Below, in pieces: positions 12,865-26,100 of a stretch of 64,000 nucleotides of DNA. Below the pieces are notes generated by a model. The model was not told where the DNA came from and searched no databases. It saw only the letters and a list, made by a program, of their open reading frames with translations. Each line of letters begins with the position of its first letter. Position 1 is the first letter of the stretch. Source of the stretch: Antedon mediterranea (lineage: Eukaryota > Animalia > Echinodermata); the NCBI RefSeq assembly GCF_964355755.1, contig NC_092673.1, positions 9,672,001-9,736,000 on the forward strand, in the 5' to 3' direction. The position numbers and the translations under genes are program-made.

Positions 12865-15800
12865 TAGGTATCCCAATGAAAGCGCACAGAGGGGTATCAC
12901 TTTTGAAATAACAAAATTCAAATAAGTTTGTTTGCCCTACACGCCCGCCCCTAAATCGCCGAAATCTAGGGGCGGAGTTTTTAAAAAAGTTTTTTATTTT
13001 GAATTTTTTTTAATGAATTTCGCTTTTGCTTAGTTTTAGAGCTAAAGCTAAAGAGGCCGTATGCGCCAGGCCTAAGCCTAGGTACTAGTAGTTAGTACTA
13101 GGCCTATTAGTAGGCCGAATACCCAGTAGGCCTATACTATTATTGTTTACTAAGAAAATATACACATTCATCGTTTAAATATCCACAAACAAAGCATAAC
13201 TCAATAACTATTTCCGTTTTGAACTCCAATGTTTTATTTACCTACGAACGACGTTGCGCCTACTTTGCATTGCCAATTGATTGTATTGAGCGAACATAGA
13301 GAAAAGCGCCATATCTTTTTAACAAAAATAGTCGAGTCAACTACGCCCTCTATCTATTTTATGTTGAAACTTCAACGCTTGTTTTTAGAATCTAGAGATA
13401 TTAATAAGACAATAGGAAGCTCGTAAAGCTAGGTTACTTATTCCTTATTCGACATTCGTCAATGGAAGTTGGTTCCTTATTCGACGTTCGGCATTCGCTA
13501 GGCTAGACCAAAATTTTGAAATTGATAATTTCCCAGCGGTAAATATGCCGTGCGCCACAAACCAATCTCCTGCTGTTACTTATATATTCATTCGTGAAGT
13601 TGGTTCCTTATTCGACGTTCGCTAGGCAGCGGCCGACCGGCTGGGCCAAATTCGTACCAAAGTAGACGTACCGGGCCGGGCCGGGTACACATTGACGTAG
13701 AATGGTCCTGGCATTCCAGAAATGTGCCACTTTCCTCAAATACGTGTTTTAAAGCAATTTAAAATATGTGTTTATTCTGTATCTTGTTACTAAAACCTTA
13801 ATAATTCCGATAAATACACAGAAAAATAGCGAAAGATACAATTTTCAGTAACATTTAAAAAAAAAATAATGTTTCCACCCGCCCCTCCCTAACAATTTTC
13901 GGGCATGGAGGGCAAACTTTTTTTTTTTTTGGCCTTATAGCTAAATCTATATTGAAATCGATAAAACATAGATTACAAACGTATTGTGCATGATAATTGT
14001 GCGAACTACATTTTAAAATGGTGCATGAGGCGTAAATCCCGTTCAGAATTTTAAAGATTCAACCATTATAACCCGGTGAATATTGTAGTGAGTAAAATAT
14101 TGTTACTGTAAAATACGCGCTAGTTTGTTGTGACGTTTTCCGTTTAATACACTAATTCACCCTATCAGCGAATGGTATGTTCCATATTTTGAACACGTTG
14201 TCAAGTTGAGCCGCCGGTAATTTCTATGAAACGGCCAGTGCGTCTTTTACGACATTTCGCATAGTGATAGAGTGGTGTCCTAGTAGGCCCTACATAAGTT
14301 CATGGTCTTTAGGTATATTGTGTCGTGAAAATAAATAATAAATACATACTACAATTTTGTTGGTTTGAAACAGCAAAGGAAAGTAGTCATATTTAATAAT
14401 TTAATTGTTTTTAATCTTTCAAGGTTCCATAATATTTTTCTCGCGTGTATGCCTACCACGTAATATCACGTTGTCTCTCAGGACTAATAGAGTATTGATA
14501 TTCTTCGAATGAGGTTAAATAATTATTATTTTTTATTTACTATCTTTTAATATCATATTTTATTGAATTTTACAATGTTAAAAATATTTTACTAAAAAAC
14601 GGTGATTTTATGCAATTATTTTACTTCAACTGCCGCCTGAGGGGACATGTTTACGTCATTTTTGGCTAAAAACGATCATTTTCGGTCATGTTTTAGGCCT
14701 TATATTTTGGAATCTACAAGTCAGATATTCATAATTATTTCTCTTTAATTATAATATTTAATAATATATACTAAAAACCGTGATATATAAACTTTGGAAT
14801 ATACATCGTTATATCTAATAATTAATATAAATAGAACTTCTATTAAATAGAAACAAGCACCGGCGAAAGTAAGCATTTGGCGTTTCATAGAAAATAACGT
14901 TTTTCTGGCGGCGCCTCAACTTGTCGGCGGCTCAACTTGGCCTAATCCTGCATGGGGAGGGCCATAAGAAAGCTTTACATTTCACACATGCATTGTATAC
15001 GGTCAAAATATTTTTATACCTCCATGGTCAAACCATGGAGCTGGATGGTCAAACCTTACCTGCCGCTGAAAAAGGGGCCTGGTTTGCCATGTTTATGATA
15101 TTTCGTGTGCTAATCGAGTCGAATGCAGTTTTAATGATGCACTCTTGGCGTTCCATATCTGTTCGTTTGTTCGTGTCGACACATTCAGTATCAAATGGCG
15201 ATTTTTCTGTATTTTTTCAATCAATTGCTTGCTTGCGAGTATTATATAAGGTATGGTTTAAAGATCTTTGGTTATGTTCGGCTTCGGGATGTTATACCAT
15301 ACTTAGGCCTAGGCTAGGCTAGGCTATTATAGGGGTCGTCGGTTTCGTGTTATGGGTCGTCCAATTCTAGGTCGTCCAATTCGAGGTCGCCCGGGTCGTT
15401 GGGGTCGTCCAATTCGAGGTCGTCGCTTTCTACACACCCATTTTTCGACACATAATTTACCAAAGGGGAGACATTTCATCAATGCGTTGACCGGCGACTA
15501 AAACGCGTCAGTCGCTAAGTGTAACGCGTTTCGCGACGTATTGTACACTAATAACCCCTAAGTTACTGAAAAACTGTAATTTGTTAAAAAACACTATTTT
15601 CTGACCGATTTTTTAGAAATGAGTTTTTGGAAAATATTTCCGTATTTTTCCTGTTTTTTTTTTTTGTAATCACTTTCAATTAAACATACTTAAACATAAT
15701 ATAAGCTGAGAAAGTCTGAGTGTAGCTCCACTTTAAAAAATTTTTTTTTTCATATTACACATCTCAGTAGTTCAAAAGTTACAGGTCATTGAAAAATTGC

Positions 15801-16206
15801 AGTTTTTAATTTTTTAGGGAATTCCAGCAAAAATGGGCGCAAAATGCCTTCGGACCAACTTTGCATTCCATAAATTTTAAAAATAGGTTTCATTGAGGCT
15901 CCAAAAAAAATAGAGTTGTACAACTTTGTGATATCTATAGGTTTACTTTAACAAAATTAAAAACTTTTAACTGATTATTGTAAAAGTTATCACATTTTAA
16001 AAATGCTTCAAATTTTAACTGCAAAAAACACCATTTTTAGGCAAAAAATCATATATTTTTTTACCACTTTAAATAACCATAAATTTAGAACGGGTAATCA
16101 GATTTCAATAATTTAAATTGCAAAATGCTAATTACATTAAGTTCTTTATGGTTAACTGAAAGAAAAAGTAAAAAAATTAATCTGAATTTTTTCATTGGGA
16201 TACCTA
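12865..16206. mobile_element. Composite TIR element of the same family as 327-2362, with nested fragments
   Basis: Starts TAGGTATCCCAATGAAA and ends TTCATTGGGATACCTA. Region ~15800-16206 is a diverged reverse complement of ~327-760. No clean TSD. Confidence 0.55.
15331..15439 (-). repeat. Mutator-like terminus with tandem GGTCGTC subterminal repeats
   Basis: Repeats of GGTCGTC/CAATTCGAGGTCG end in GCTTTCTACACACCC, the same design as the termini of the 41698-43884 element. Confidence 0.55.
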
Positions 16207-16736
16207 ATAATAAATGTAATTGACAATGATGTTTTATATGATTGGTTTCAAGGTAGTGGAGAACATATGGATATTAGTGTTAATTAGAGGAGTGGAATAC
16301 AAGAGAGCAGTGATACTCAAGGTCCTCGTGTATTTCCGTAGGATTTTAATGCCCAAAGTCAGATTTCACCTGATTTCACTTTAGTATGGTGCTAGGACAC
16401 CAAAAATGCTAGGTAACAAATTTTCACGATCCCATAACCACGGTAACAGCCCAAAGATCAAAATGGCGCCCAATTGGCCGCATCTCCGTAACCCTTTGGA
16501 TATCAACAAGATATTGGTATCAAAATACTCGGAGCATATATATTTATATTCACTGATTATGGAACATTTTGACGAAATGTAATAGGAAATGCAATTTTTC
16601 TGCACTATTGACCATTGACCTTGACTTGCACTGTATCTAAAAAACTGATCTTCATAAATAAATAAAAAATCTTCCAATGCTAACATTGACTGCCATTTTT
16701 TAGTCATATTGCCAAGAGATTGTTATTTATTTATTT

Positions 16737-17666
16737 GAGGCATGGCCTCACAAAATCAGCATAGTGTCGGAAATAATAATTTTTTAGATTTTTATATATT
16801 CGTAATCTATATTTAATAAGCTTTAAAATGAGCCGTTGTTTATTAAAATTGGTTTATTATATGAAGAGTTATTAATGAAAACATATGAGTCACTTTCTAG
16901 CTGAGGGAATCTTCATTTTGAGAAAATCAACAATGAAGTAGCGACGCCGTTTAGCTTGGCCTAGCCTAGCCCGCCAATCAACGCGACAAGACTCTCTGCC
17001 AAAACTCGCTATTTTCTTCTCAATAACGGCAAACTAGTCGAAAATATATCACTGTGTGGTACATAATATTATATTTTTTGTTATTTCTTTAAAATATATG
17101 GATAAAAATAACGATTAACTTCCTAAATATTCACAAAATGTATAAACGTTCATTCGAGAAACTAAGATCAAAGCCATGTTGTTTCATCGTAAACAAAAGC
17201 CAACTATAGCCAATCACAGTCAAGGATTTACAAATTCTTGTTAGAAATTTCAGCAACCTAACACCTTAATAAAACCAATTTCCATTGGCTAGATTAAAAA
17301 TTGTTGTTAAAAATTATGTTAGCTGATATATTTTCGAACAGATAGGTACCAAACATGACGTGATTCGGGATAGCGGTTTGTTTACAACAAGTGCCATAAA
17401 CAAAGTTGATTTTTGAGTGAACAAAAATACAATTTCTTAATGATTTTCAATGGAAACGACTTAAATAATTGCAAAATACACATACTTGTCATATTTTTTT
17501 ATGAACAAGAGTTTGATATGTTAAAGATAAGTGTTAATACTATCGTTTTTTTTATTGAAATTTTAAAATGGATAGGTTAGGCTGTTTTTCACATTCTGAA
17601 CTTCAAGGCTAAATATCTCAAAAGTTTGGATTGCGACTCTGCGCCGCTTTTGTGATGCCAGGCCTC
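16737..17666. mobile_element. Sola-like MITE (GAG termini, 4-bp TSD ATTT)
   Basis: ATTT|GAGGCATGGCCTCACAAAA...TTTTGTGATGCCAGGCCTC|ATTT. The TSD lies in a (TTTA)n tract. Confidence 0.75.
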
Positions 17667-18130
17667 ATTTATTTATTTATTTATTCAAGATCCAACAGTG
17701 TAAAGAAAAAAACACCAAAACAGGATCGCCATAAAATATACATTTGATTTACATAAAAAAGAACAAGGAACAAACAGATTTATATATTATTCAAAATGAC
17801 ATTAAAAGCAGAAGTATTACAACTAAAAATATCGATGTAAGGAAACATTTGAACTACACTATTATTTTTACATACATTAACACGAGAAAACTGCACTTTT
17901 AAAAGATTATTAATAGGAAGTTTACGCACAGGGACACAAAAATAGAAGTGACCACGAGGTTTTTAATGTTTACAGCATTTTATGATCTCCTTCAAGCTAC
18001 TGTACTAAATGATTTTAGTTTCATTTTTTTTCAAGGAGTCCACAACCTGATTTGCTCACAAACTTCAAAAAGCTTCAACTCCTTTTTTTATTTAAATACA
18101 GATTTTTTTTCTTTACATTCAAATTAATTA

Positions 18131-19646
18131 GGGTCTGTTTCTGCTGCATAACGCAATTTAACCGGTTATTTTAAAATAGATTAAAAATAGATAACAATAA
18201 CAAGACCGCGTACGCGTTTCTACTCAATTTGTGCTCCGAAATAACCGGTTAAATCTGTGGGTGGTCGTCGAGCAAAACGTCATCATTACCCAAAATGCAA
18301 TACACTCAGACGGAAGTAGTAAGTTGGCTGTTTGTTTACATCGACGTCAGTACACACGTGTGTGATATCGCCGAACATCTCAAACATGTTAAAATAATAA
18401 AATATTGTCTCCAGGTCTACAAGTTTTGTTTTTTGTGAAGCCTACTTACCATCGCTAATTTACATTAATTCTCATGGCGCCTTCAATAACATGGGGAGGG
18501 TAGTGCAGTGCCTGATCGCCTAGGATAATTATTATCTTGCCTAATTCCCTTCCCACCTAAACGACTGTTGTCTTTCGCGGGCGCGGTCCTACTGAACACC
18601 AAACGGAAAAAAAACGAGACTCAGAATGTTGCAATACCTACCAAACAAGAATAGATAATTGTTAATTAATTATGAAACCCAACTTTTATAGCAAAAATCA
18701 TCCGAATTTATGTTAAAAACGATGAGTTTAGCTACAAAAACTGAAATCAAACGAGAGTCATAGAATATCGCACGCACATAGTGCCTTTTCATAGAACAAT
18801 GAGTATTGAACATTATTTCGTATATTTATGTACTAAAATGAATAATAACCCATTTCTATGCTTAATAAAATTATATTTAATATATTATCAAAGGCTCTGA
18901 TAACCTTTTTCTAAAAAATTATATTATGTAAAACGATAAAAGTAAGATTGTTCATTTATTAAAGGCACTAAGGGCATGCCATAAATATGCTTGTTTGGTT
19001 TCAGTTTTTGTTGCTAAATTCATCGTTTTTAACATAAATTTTTGAGATATTTTTGAGATAAAATGTGGGTTTTCATAATTAATTAACCATTATCTATTCT
19101 TGTTTGGTAGGTATGCAACATTCTTTTGTCCCTTTTGTTTCCGTTTGGTGTTTATAGGACCATAGGCCTACCGTTCGCGAGCGTGTATTGAAGCCTCAAA
19201 TTGTTTAGCTTGGGTAGTTCGGAACTTCACCCCGAATTCCTTTTTTACTTTCGCAAAAATGCTCTTATATTATCTGTGAATCTTTTCTATTGCCTGCCAT
19301 CCTTCCCCGCACTTTCTCTTCCCCCAACAACTGAATAACATATCTTGTGATTTCATTTATCCACATAAATGTTCACTTCTTCGTTCGACTGTCAAAACCA
19401 TGAGGAAAACACACATGGTACGCGACGGTATCTGACCCGGGGTCACAACTGTCAATCAAATAACCGTTATTTCGTGTTGCAGCTAAGAATTACTCAGCGA
19501 TAACCGGTTTTGCGCTGCGTTTTAACCGGTTAACACAAATTTGTCCTGTTTCTGCTGCCAAGAAAATGGAGTTAATTTATTCACACCGATTTTAATTTAT
19601 TCACACCGATTTTAACCGGTTATTTTTATGCAGCAGAAACAGGCCC
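18131..19646 (-). mobile_element. PIF/Harbinger non-autonomous element, TTA TSD, with Myb/SANT relic
   Basis: TTA|GGGTCTGTTTCTGCTGCATAA...TTATGCAGCAGAAACAGGCCC|TTA. Minus strand ~19200-19375 gives MWINEITRYVIQLLGEEKVRGRMAGNRKDSQ...YKSIFAKVKKEFGVKF (frameshifted). Confidence 0.85.
18585..19161. mobile_element. Unclassified MITE with long (~170 bp) inverted arms nested in the Harbinger element
   Basis: GGTCCTA...CACCAAACGGAAA...ACCTACCAAACAAGAATAGATAAT is mirrored at ~19000-19161. No clear TSD. Confidence 0.7.
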
Positions 19647-20167
19647 TTACATTCTTTTATTCTATGTTTATTGGGTCATCTACAGTACATCAAGCCAAGC
19701 TGGTCCATTTGAGTTAGATGGCAATGTATCAGACGAGCATATAAATGAAAACCAGTCATGGGCAAAACAAATCTGCAAGATATACCCTAATAATATGTGT
19801 TATAATTACCATCAAATCTCACTCTGGCATTTACTACTTGTATTGTAGCCAAATGCGAAATCTAAGTAGGCTACGATCGTTTTGCCAATTGCGAGCGCGC
19901 TATTATTAGAGTGTCATTTCCGGCCAAAGGCCCCACCATGTAAGCTCAAATATGCGATGTTGGGTTGCGAGAATTCCCAAAATAGGATCATGGAGTCGTG
20001 GCAAAAAGGGTTGCAGAATGCTGATTTAATGGACAAAGGATTCGTCAAGCAAGTATACAATACATTTCATAAAAAATTACCTTTTTTATTCCAATTCGAA
20101 CATTAATTTAGCGATCAATCCTCCCACGGCGCCAGGCGTGTCGATCGCTGTGAGGAGGAATTTTATC

Positions 20168-20333
20168 ATAAGGTTTATCGCAAATAGCTTCTACAATGCA
20201 TGATGGGAAGGGGTTGGGAGCAAACGTCACAACGTGTACGTACATGATTTGTTGTTTGTACGTACGCGTCGTGACGTTTGCTCCCAAATCCTTCCCACCA
20301 TACGTCGCGCACGCTATTTGCGATAAACCTTAT
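20168..20333. mobile_element. Palindromic hairpin MITE (~165 bp)
   Basis: ATAAGGTTTATCGCAAATAGC...GGGAGCAAACGTCAC...GTACGTACA, a ~12-nt loop, then an imperfect reverse complement. Confidence 0.75.
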
Positions 20334-21597
20334 TGTTTTTAATAAGGCTGAGTAGGGCCTACACTAGCTAGCATTTTCGGTCGGTTGCAATTTATTTTAA
20401 TATTTTAATTACACCTGAACAAACAATATAAATAATAATCAGGGTTCGTAAATGTTTCAAAGAATACACAATTAGAAGTTTATTGTAACTATTTTATTTT
20501 AATTTTTTCCATATTTAGGCTCTGGGGTAGCACTAACATTTCATTTTGTTTAGCCATTTGGCGAAAGTCAAAATATTTTTTTTAGTCAAATCAGTTTATC
20601 TATAGCCAAAATGGCTAAAGTCAAATTTTATTAAATTTAGCCAAATGAATCGGTTTTTAGCCAAAATTTAAAATTGTTGAAATATAATGGTAAAAACATT
20701 TTAATCAATTTATCTATGTCAACAGGTCTATACACTGTTCCCTGAACATTTTTGTAAGGTATTGAGATAAAGAACCATACCTAAATCACTCTGTATGATT
20801 AAAAAAATAAATATTCTTTTTGTATTTTATTTTACATGATCAAAACAAATTGTTCAAATTGTTTTTAATCATACAGCATTCATACAGTTATCAATTTAAT
20901 AAGAAACATTTTACATTTTTCTGAAATCCCCTGAACGCTATGTTACTTTTGTTTTTTACGCTTGGCTGGTCATTTTTGTGTGACGGCTTCCATCGCGTAC
21001 CAGGCGAAAATCGTGTCCTAGACTTCACGGTCACTCAGCATCACCGCCGCGCAGCGGGTTAATGTTTTTAAATTGGGTATGCTCAAGAGGTGCGAAAGTG
21101 CACAACCGCCGGCCTAGGCCTACAAAATCATGTACAACAACGGTATATCAAGGCTGCGCCGAAGCGTTTCTGGCAGGGCGAGAAATTTATCCCGATTATT
21201 TATTTACACACAACACAACACAGAAGCCGGCGGCCGACACCCCACTCAGATGCACGTGTGTGTTTAGCTAAATCCCCGTTAGACTCTACCATTTCCCGCA
21301 TGTTGTTTTGTTTACACTGACGCACGAGGGAAGTTTATTACGGGTAAAATATGAAACTACATTAAATTGAAAGACTCTAAAATGCATAACGCATACATTT
21401 TTGATTTCGATAAGATTAAATTCATCGAAGATACTATAATGACATAACTAAGCCTAGACCAGGCCTGATCGACTGTAAACAATATCACCTCTAACCAGGC
21501 AATATCTTATATATGAACTTATATCAATTATATTCTTATTATTGTTTCTGAAAATGTTTTCATGAGATGAAATGATTCAAATTGTAATGATACATAC

Positions 21598-21705
21598 AGT
21601 TTTTCTAAAAGTTGTTGAGTACATTCAGTTCTGAACAGATCCTTTACATCAAGCTGTCTAATCTTTTTTGCAAGTTGACGAACATGTCGACTCAATTTAT
21701 TGTAC
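21598..21705 (-). CDS. IMP3: Internal exon of IMP3 (U3 snoRNP protein, S4 family); other exons not found in window
   Basis: Encodes (x)YNKLSRHVRQLAKKIRQLDVKDLFRTECTQQLLEKL, which matches IMP3 as I recall it (human [36 protein letters not shown]). Acceptor TTTTTTTTACAG|G, donor CT|GTATGT. 108 bp, phase 2-2, no stops. Confidence 0.8.
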
Positions 21706-21803
21706 CTGTAAAAAAAATCCATTTCAGTACAGTATTATTACACCAGGTAGGAGTGAGATTTAATGAAAACCGCTTATCTCAGATTAATTGCATATTACTA
21801 TTT

Positions 21804-22249
21804 ACGCCGTTGCTAAAGGTACGGTACCGTATCCATGCTTTTAAAAACTAAAGATACGGCAATTATCGAGGGCGCTTCCGTTTGCTAAAAGTACGGTAAA
21901 ATTGCATTCCTAAAACTCGTACCTAAATATAAAATTCGTTCCTAAATATAAAACTCGTTCCTAAATATTAAACTCCTTCCTAAATATTAAAAACCTAACC
22001 CTCTAAATAATCTCTCTTAAATTAAAAACTAAAAAAAAAAATAAAAAAAAGACGTCAAGAAGAGTATCGAACCTCCAACCCCTTAAGCCAAAGCCTCATC
22101 ACATGCCCACTAGGCTACACAGCTGGCTTGCAGGAAACCAATGCAATAACCTATTTGATTAACATCCACATTACATAGCGCCCTCCATAATTACCGTACC
22201 TTTAGTTTTTAAAAGTATGGATACGGTACCGTATCTTTAGCCATAACGT
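21804..22249. mobile_element. MITE with ~75-bp TIRs and 7-bp direct flanks (ACTATTT)
   Basis: ACGCCGTTGCTAAAGGTACGGTACCGTATCCATGCTTTTAAAAACTAAAG...GAGGGCGC is mirrored at 22178-22249. Internal ~19-bp AAACTCGTTCCTAAATAT repeats. A related right end occurs at ~41330-41390. Confidence 0.8.
22032..22123 (-). promoter_or_regulatory. tRNA-like Pol III internal promoter cassette (A box, B box, T-tract)
   Basis: On the minus strand: A box TAGCCTAGTGG (22117-22107), B box GGTTCGATAC (22073-22064), then a T-rich run. It does not fold as a full cloverleaf. Confidence 0.5.
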
Positions 22250-23189
22250 ACTATTTAACCCTCTTATTACCATAGGAAGGTCTAGTGCAAACAAGCAAAA
22301 TAAAACCATAGTAACACACACAGTAAGAAATTTGCGATTCAAATGGCGACCAAAAATGGTTAACACGTATTTACAGTATTGCAATACTACCGTATATTTC
22401 GGTGTATAAGTCGCACTTTTGACACGCAAATTTGACCTCTAAATTAAGGGTGCGTCTTATACACCGAACATAAATGCCTCACCACACAGAGTGTACATAT
22501 CGTTACCTCGTTGGCTAGGCCTGAGTAGGCTAGGCCTAGCTACAGTGTACTAACGTAACGGCAACCTGCTTCTGCCTAGTTTTCAAGGAATTTTAGCGTG
22601 ATGTTATACTAAATATGATGAAAAGATTTGTTTATTATGGAGCTGTTTAAGGCGCTCCGGTAAAATTTCATTTGTAAACGTTTACGATTGGAATAGTATT
22701 TATTTATAGTTATACGCACGATCGCCGTACCCCCAGCGCAAGCCCTTCTTGGCGGCGGCCACATGTTGTACGGTATTCGACTAGTATATTCGCCAGGTGA
22801 TTATAGCATGGACCTAGCGTACACACTTCTCGGATACATAGATACTAATCGAATACGATTGTCCGTGAAAACGTGCGCCCTCTCGAAATGATCGAGCGAG
22901 GCTAGCCCACACACGAGCGTGTTACACACACGGTCATGCACTCGATGTTGCGGGTGCGAAACTCATGAATAACAAGTTAGAAACAACTTGTTGAGGCCCC
23001 GGTTGAGGCTGGGCGCGGCCGAGTCTAGGTAAGAAAAAACCTAAATAAAGGACGCTGTTGTAGATATAACAAAATATATTATTACAATAATATTGATTAC
23101 AATTTTTAAAAAAACATTGTTCTGATGAAATATAAGGTGCGTCTTATACATCGACGATATAAAAAATACCGATATTTTACTCTCAGTTA

Positions 23190-26100
23190 TAGGCTAGTCA
23201 ATCTAGCATTTTGAGTGAAACAAATTGCAACCAGAGATTTTTTTTTTTAAATGGTTACATATGATAAGGTGATTATTTTTTGAGCATCACACCTCTGACA
23301 CTCATCCCGAAGGTATGCAAATTAGCTTAAATATGCAAATTAGGGTGAAATTACAGGGTTACCATATCTTAAAAACTACTAATCGTAGACAGTTCATTTT
23401 TGCACAGTCTGGTTCAGAATATATATATTTATATTTGCTCTAATGAGACATTTTACATAAAAATGTCCGGAAGTACCAAATTTTGACCCTTGACCCCATT
23501 TCTCAATATTTACATAAATATGTGATTAAAATGTCTGTAGAGACTTTATTTTGGACTCAATGACTTGGATATTGTTTTTCAATACCCACCATAGAACTGT
23601 ATTATAATTCCTAAAATCACAACTTCGTCATGCACTTCGAAAGTATGCAAATTAGTAGTACAAGTAATATTAAATATGCAAATTAGGGAGTGAAATTACA
23701 GCGTTGCCATATCTCGAAAACCGCTAATGCTAGAGTGTTGATTTTTTCACTAAAATATTTAAAATGTATATATTTATATTTGCTGTAATGAGACATTTTA
23801 CAAAAAATGCCCGGAACTATGACATTTGACCCTCGACCCCATTTCTCAATATTGCATATTATAATGAAAACTAAAATGTCTGTAGAGACTTTGTTTTGCC
23901 CTCAAATGACTCGGATACAGGTTTCTAATAGCCAACATAGGAATGTTTAGTAAATCTCAAAATCACACCTGTATCACTCACCTTCAAAGTATGCAAATTA
24001 TTAGTACAAGTTACATGAAATATGCAAATTAGGGGGTGAAATTACAGGTTCCTATATGTATCGAAAACCGCTAAGGTAGAGAGTTGATTTTTTCAAAAAC
24101 TTGTTCAGAATGTACATATTTATATTTGCTCTAATGAAACATTTTACGAAAAAATGACCGGAAATACAACAATTGACCCTTGACCCTATTTATCAATGTT
24201 TGCATACATAATGCGACTAAAATGTCTGTAGATAATTTTTTTGGACTGAAGTGACTCGGATACAGTTTTCCTATTGTCAGCATAGGACCGCTTTGTAATT
24301 CCCAAAATCACATCTTTGTCAAATACCTTGAAAGTATGCAAATTATTAGTACAAGTTACATGAAATATGCAAATTAGGGGTGAAATTACAGTCTTCCCAT
24401 ATCTCGAAAACCATTAATGCTAGAGAGTTGATTTGAATTCAGAGTTGATTCAGAATGTACATATTATTTATATTCGCTGTAATGAAACATTTTACGCAAA
24501 AATTGTCATGATTGAATTATGACATTTGACCCTTGACCCTATTTCTCAATATTTTCATATAATTCAACTAAAATATCTGTACAGACTGTTTTGGCCTCAA
24601 ATGACTCAGATACAGGTTTTCTATAGCCAGCATAGAACTGTTAGTAATTCTCAAAATCACACCTTTGTTACTTCCCTAGAAAATATGCAAATTAGTAGTA
24701 CAAGAGGTGAAAGTTGCCATATCTCTATCGGTCATTAGCGTTTTTCGAGATACATAAGGCTATAATTTGCATATTTCATATAACTTGTACTAATAATTTG
24801 CATACTTTCGAGTTGCTTGAATTTTTGGAATTACTAAACGATCCTATACTGGCTATATAAAACCTGTATCCAAGTCATTTGAGGCCAAAACAAAGTCTGT
24901 ACATACATTTTAGTTACATTATATGCAAATATTGAGAAATAGGTTCGAGGGTCAAATGTCATACTTTCGATAATTGTTTTTTCAATAATGACCCAGATAC
25001 AGGTTTTCTATAGCCAGCATAGAACTGTTTAGTAATTCTCAAAATCACACCTCTGTTACTTCGCTTGAAAGTATGCAAATCAGTAGTACTAGAAAGTTGC
25101 CATATCTCTCTCTCTCTCGGTCATTAGCGTTTTCGAGATACATAAGGCAATTCACTGTAATTTGCATATTTCATATAGCTTGTACTACTAATTTGCATCC
25201 TTTCGAGGTGCTTGACTTATACTGGCTATATAAAACCTGTATCCGAGTCATTTGAGGCTAAAACAATGTCTGTACATACATTTTAGTTGCATTATGCAAA
25301 TATTGAGAAATAATAATAATAATATCCTGGATTTATATAGCGCCTAATGTTGTGAAACCTCTAAGCGCTGTACATAAACTAATACGAAAAAAGGGAATTC
25401 CAACCATGCCAAAATGAAGGCGTGATTTTGGGAATTACAAAGCGGTCCTATGCTGACTATAGGAAACATGTATCCGAGTTATTTGAGTCCAAAACAAAGT
25501 CTCTACAGACGCATTATGTATGCAAACATTGATAAATGGGGTCGAGGGTCAATTGTTGTATTTCCGATCATTTTTTCGTAAAATGTTTCATTAGAGTAAA
25601 TATAAATATGTACATTCTGAACAAGTTATTGGAAAAATCAACTCTCTAGCCTTAGTGGTTTTCGATATATAGGAACCTTTAATTTCACCCTCTAATTTGC
25701 ATATTTCATGTAACTTGTACTAATAATTTGCATACTTTGGAGGTGAGTGATACAGGTGTGATTTTGAGATCTACTAAACAGTCCTATGTTGGCTATTAGA
25801 AACCTGTATCGGAGTCATTTGAGGGCAAAACAAAGTCTCTACAGACATTTTAGTTTCATTTATATGTGCAATATTGAGAAATGGGGTCGAGGGTCAAATG
25901 TCATACTTCCGGTCAATTTTTTGTAAAATGTTTCATTGGAGCAAATAGAAATATGTACATTTTGAATACGGCTGTGAAAAAATCAGCTCTCTAGCATTAG
26001 TGGTTTTCGAGATATAGGACAACTGTAATTTTTTCCCCTTATTTGCATATTTTATTTAAATTGTACTACTAATTTGCATACTTTCGAGGTGTGTGACAAA

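Noticed and set aside
14921-16707. ORFs of 133 aa (14921-15322) and 108 aa (16381-16707)
   Set aside because: No recognisable domain or consistent exon structure; they lie in or beside repeat debris.
22051-22125. Functional tRNA gene
   Set aside because: A and B boxes are present but the acceptor and anticodon stems do not pair. Kept only as a Pol III-like cassette.
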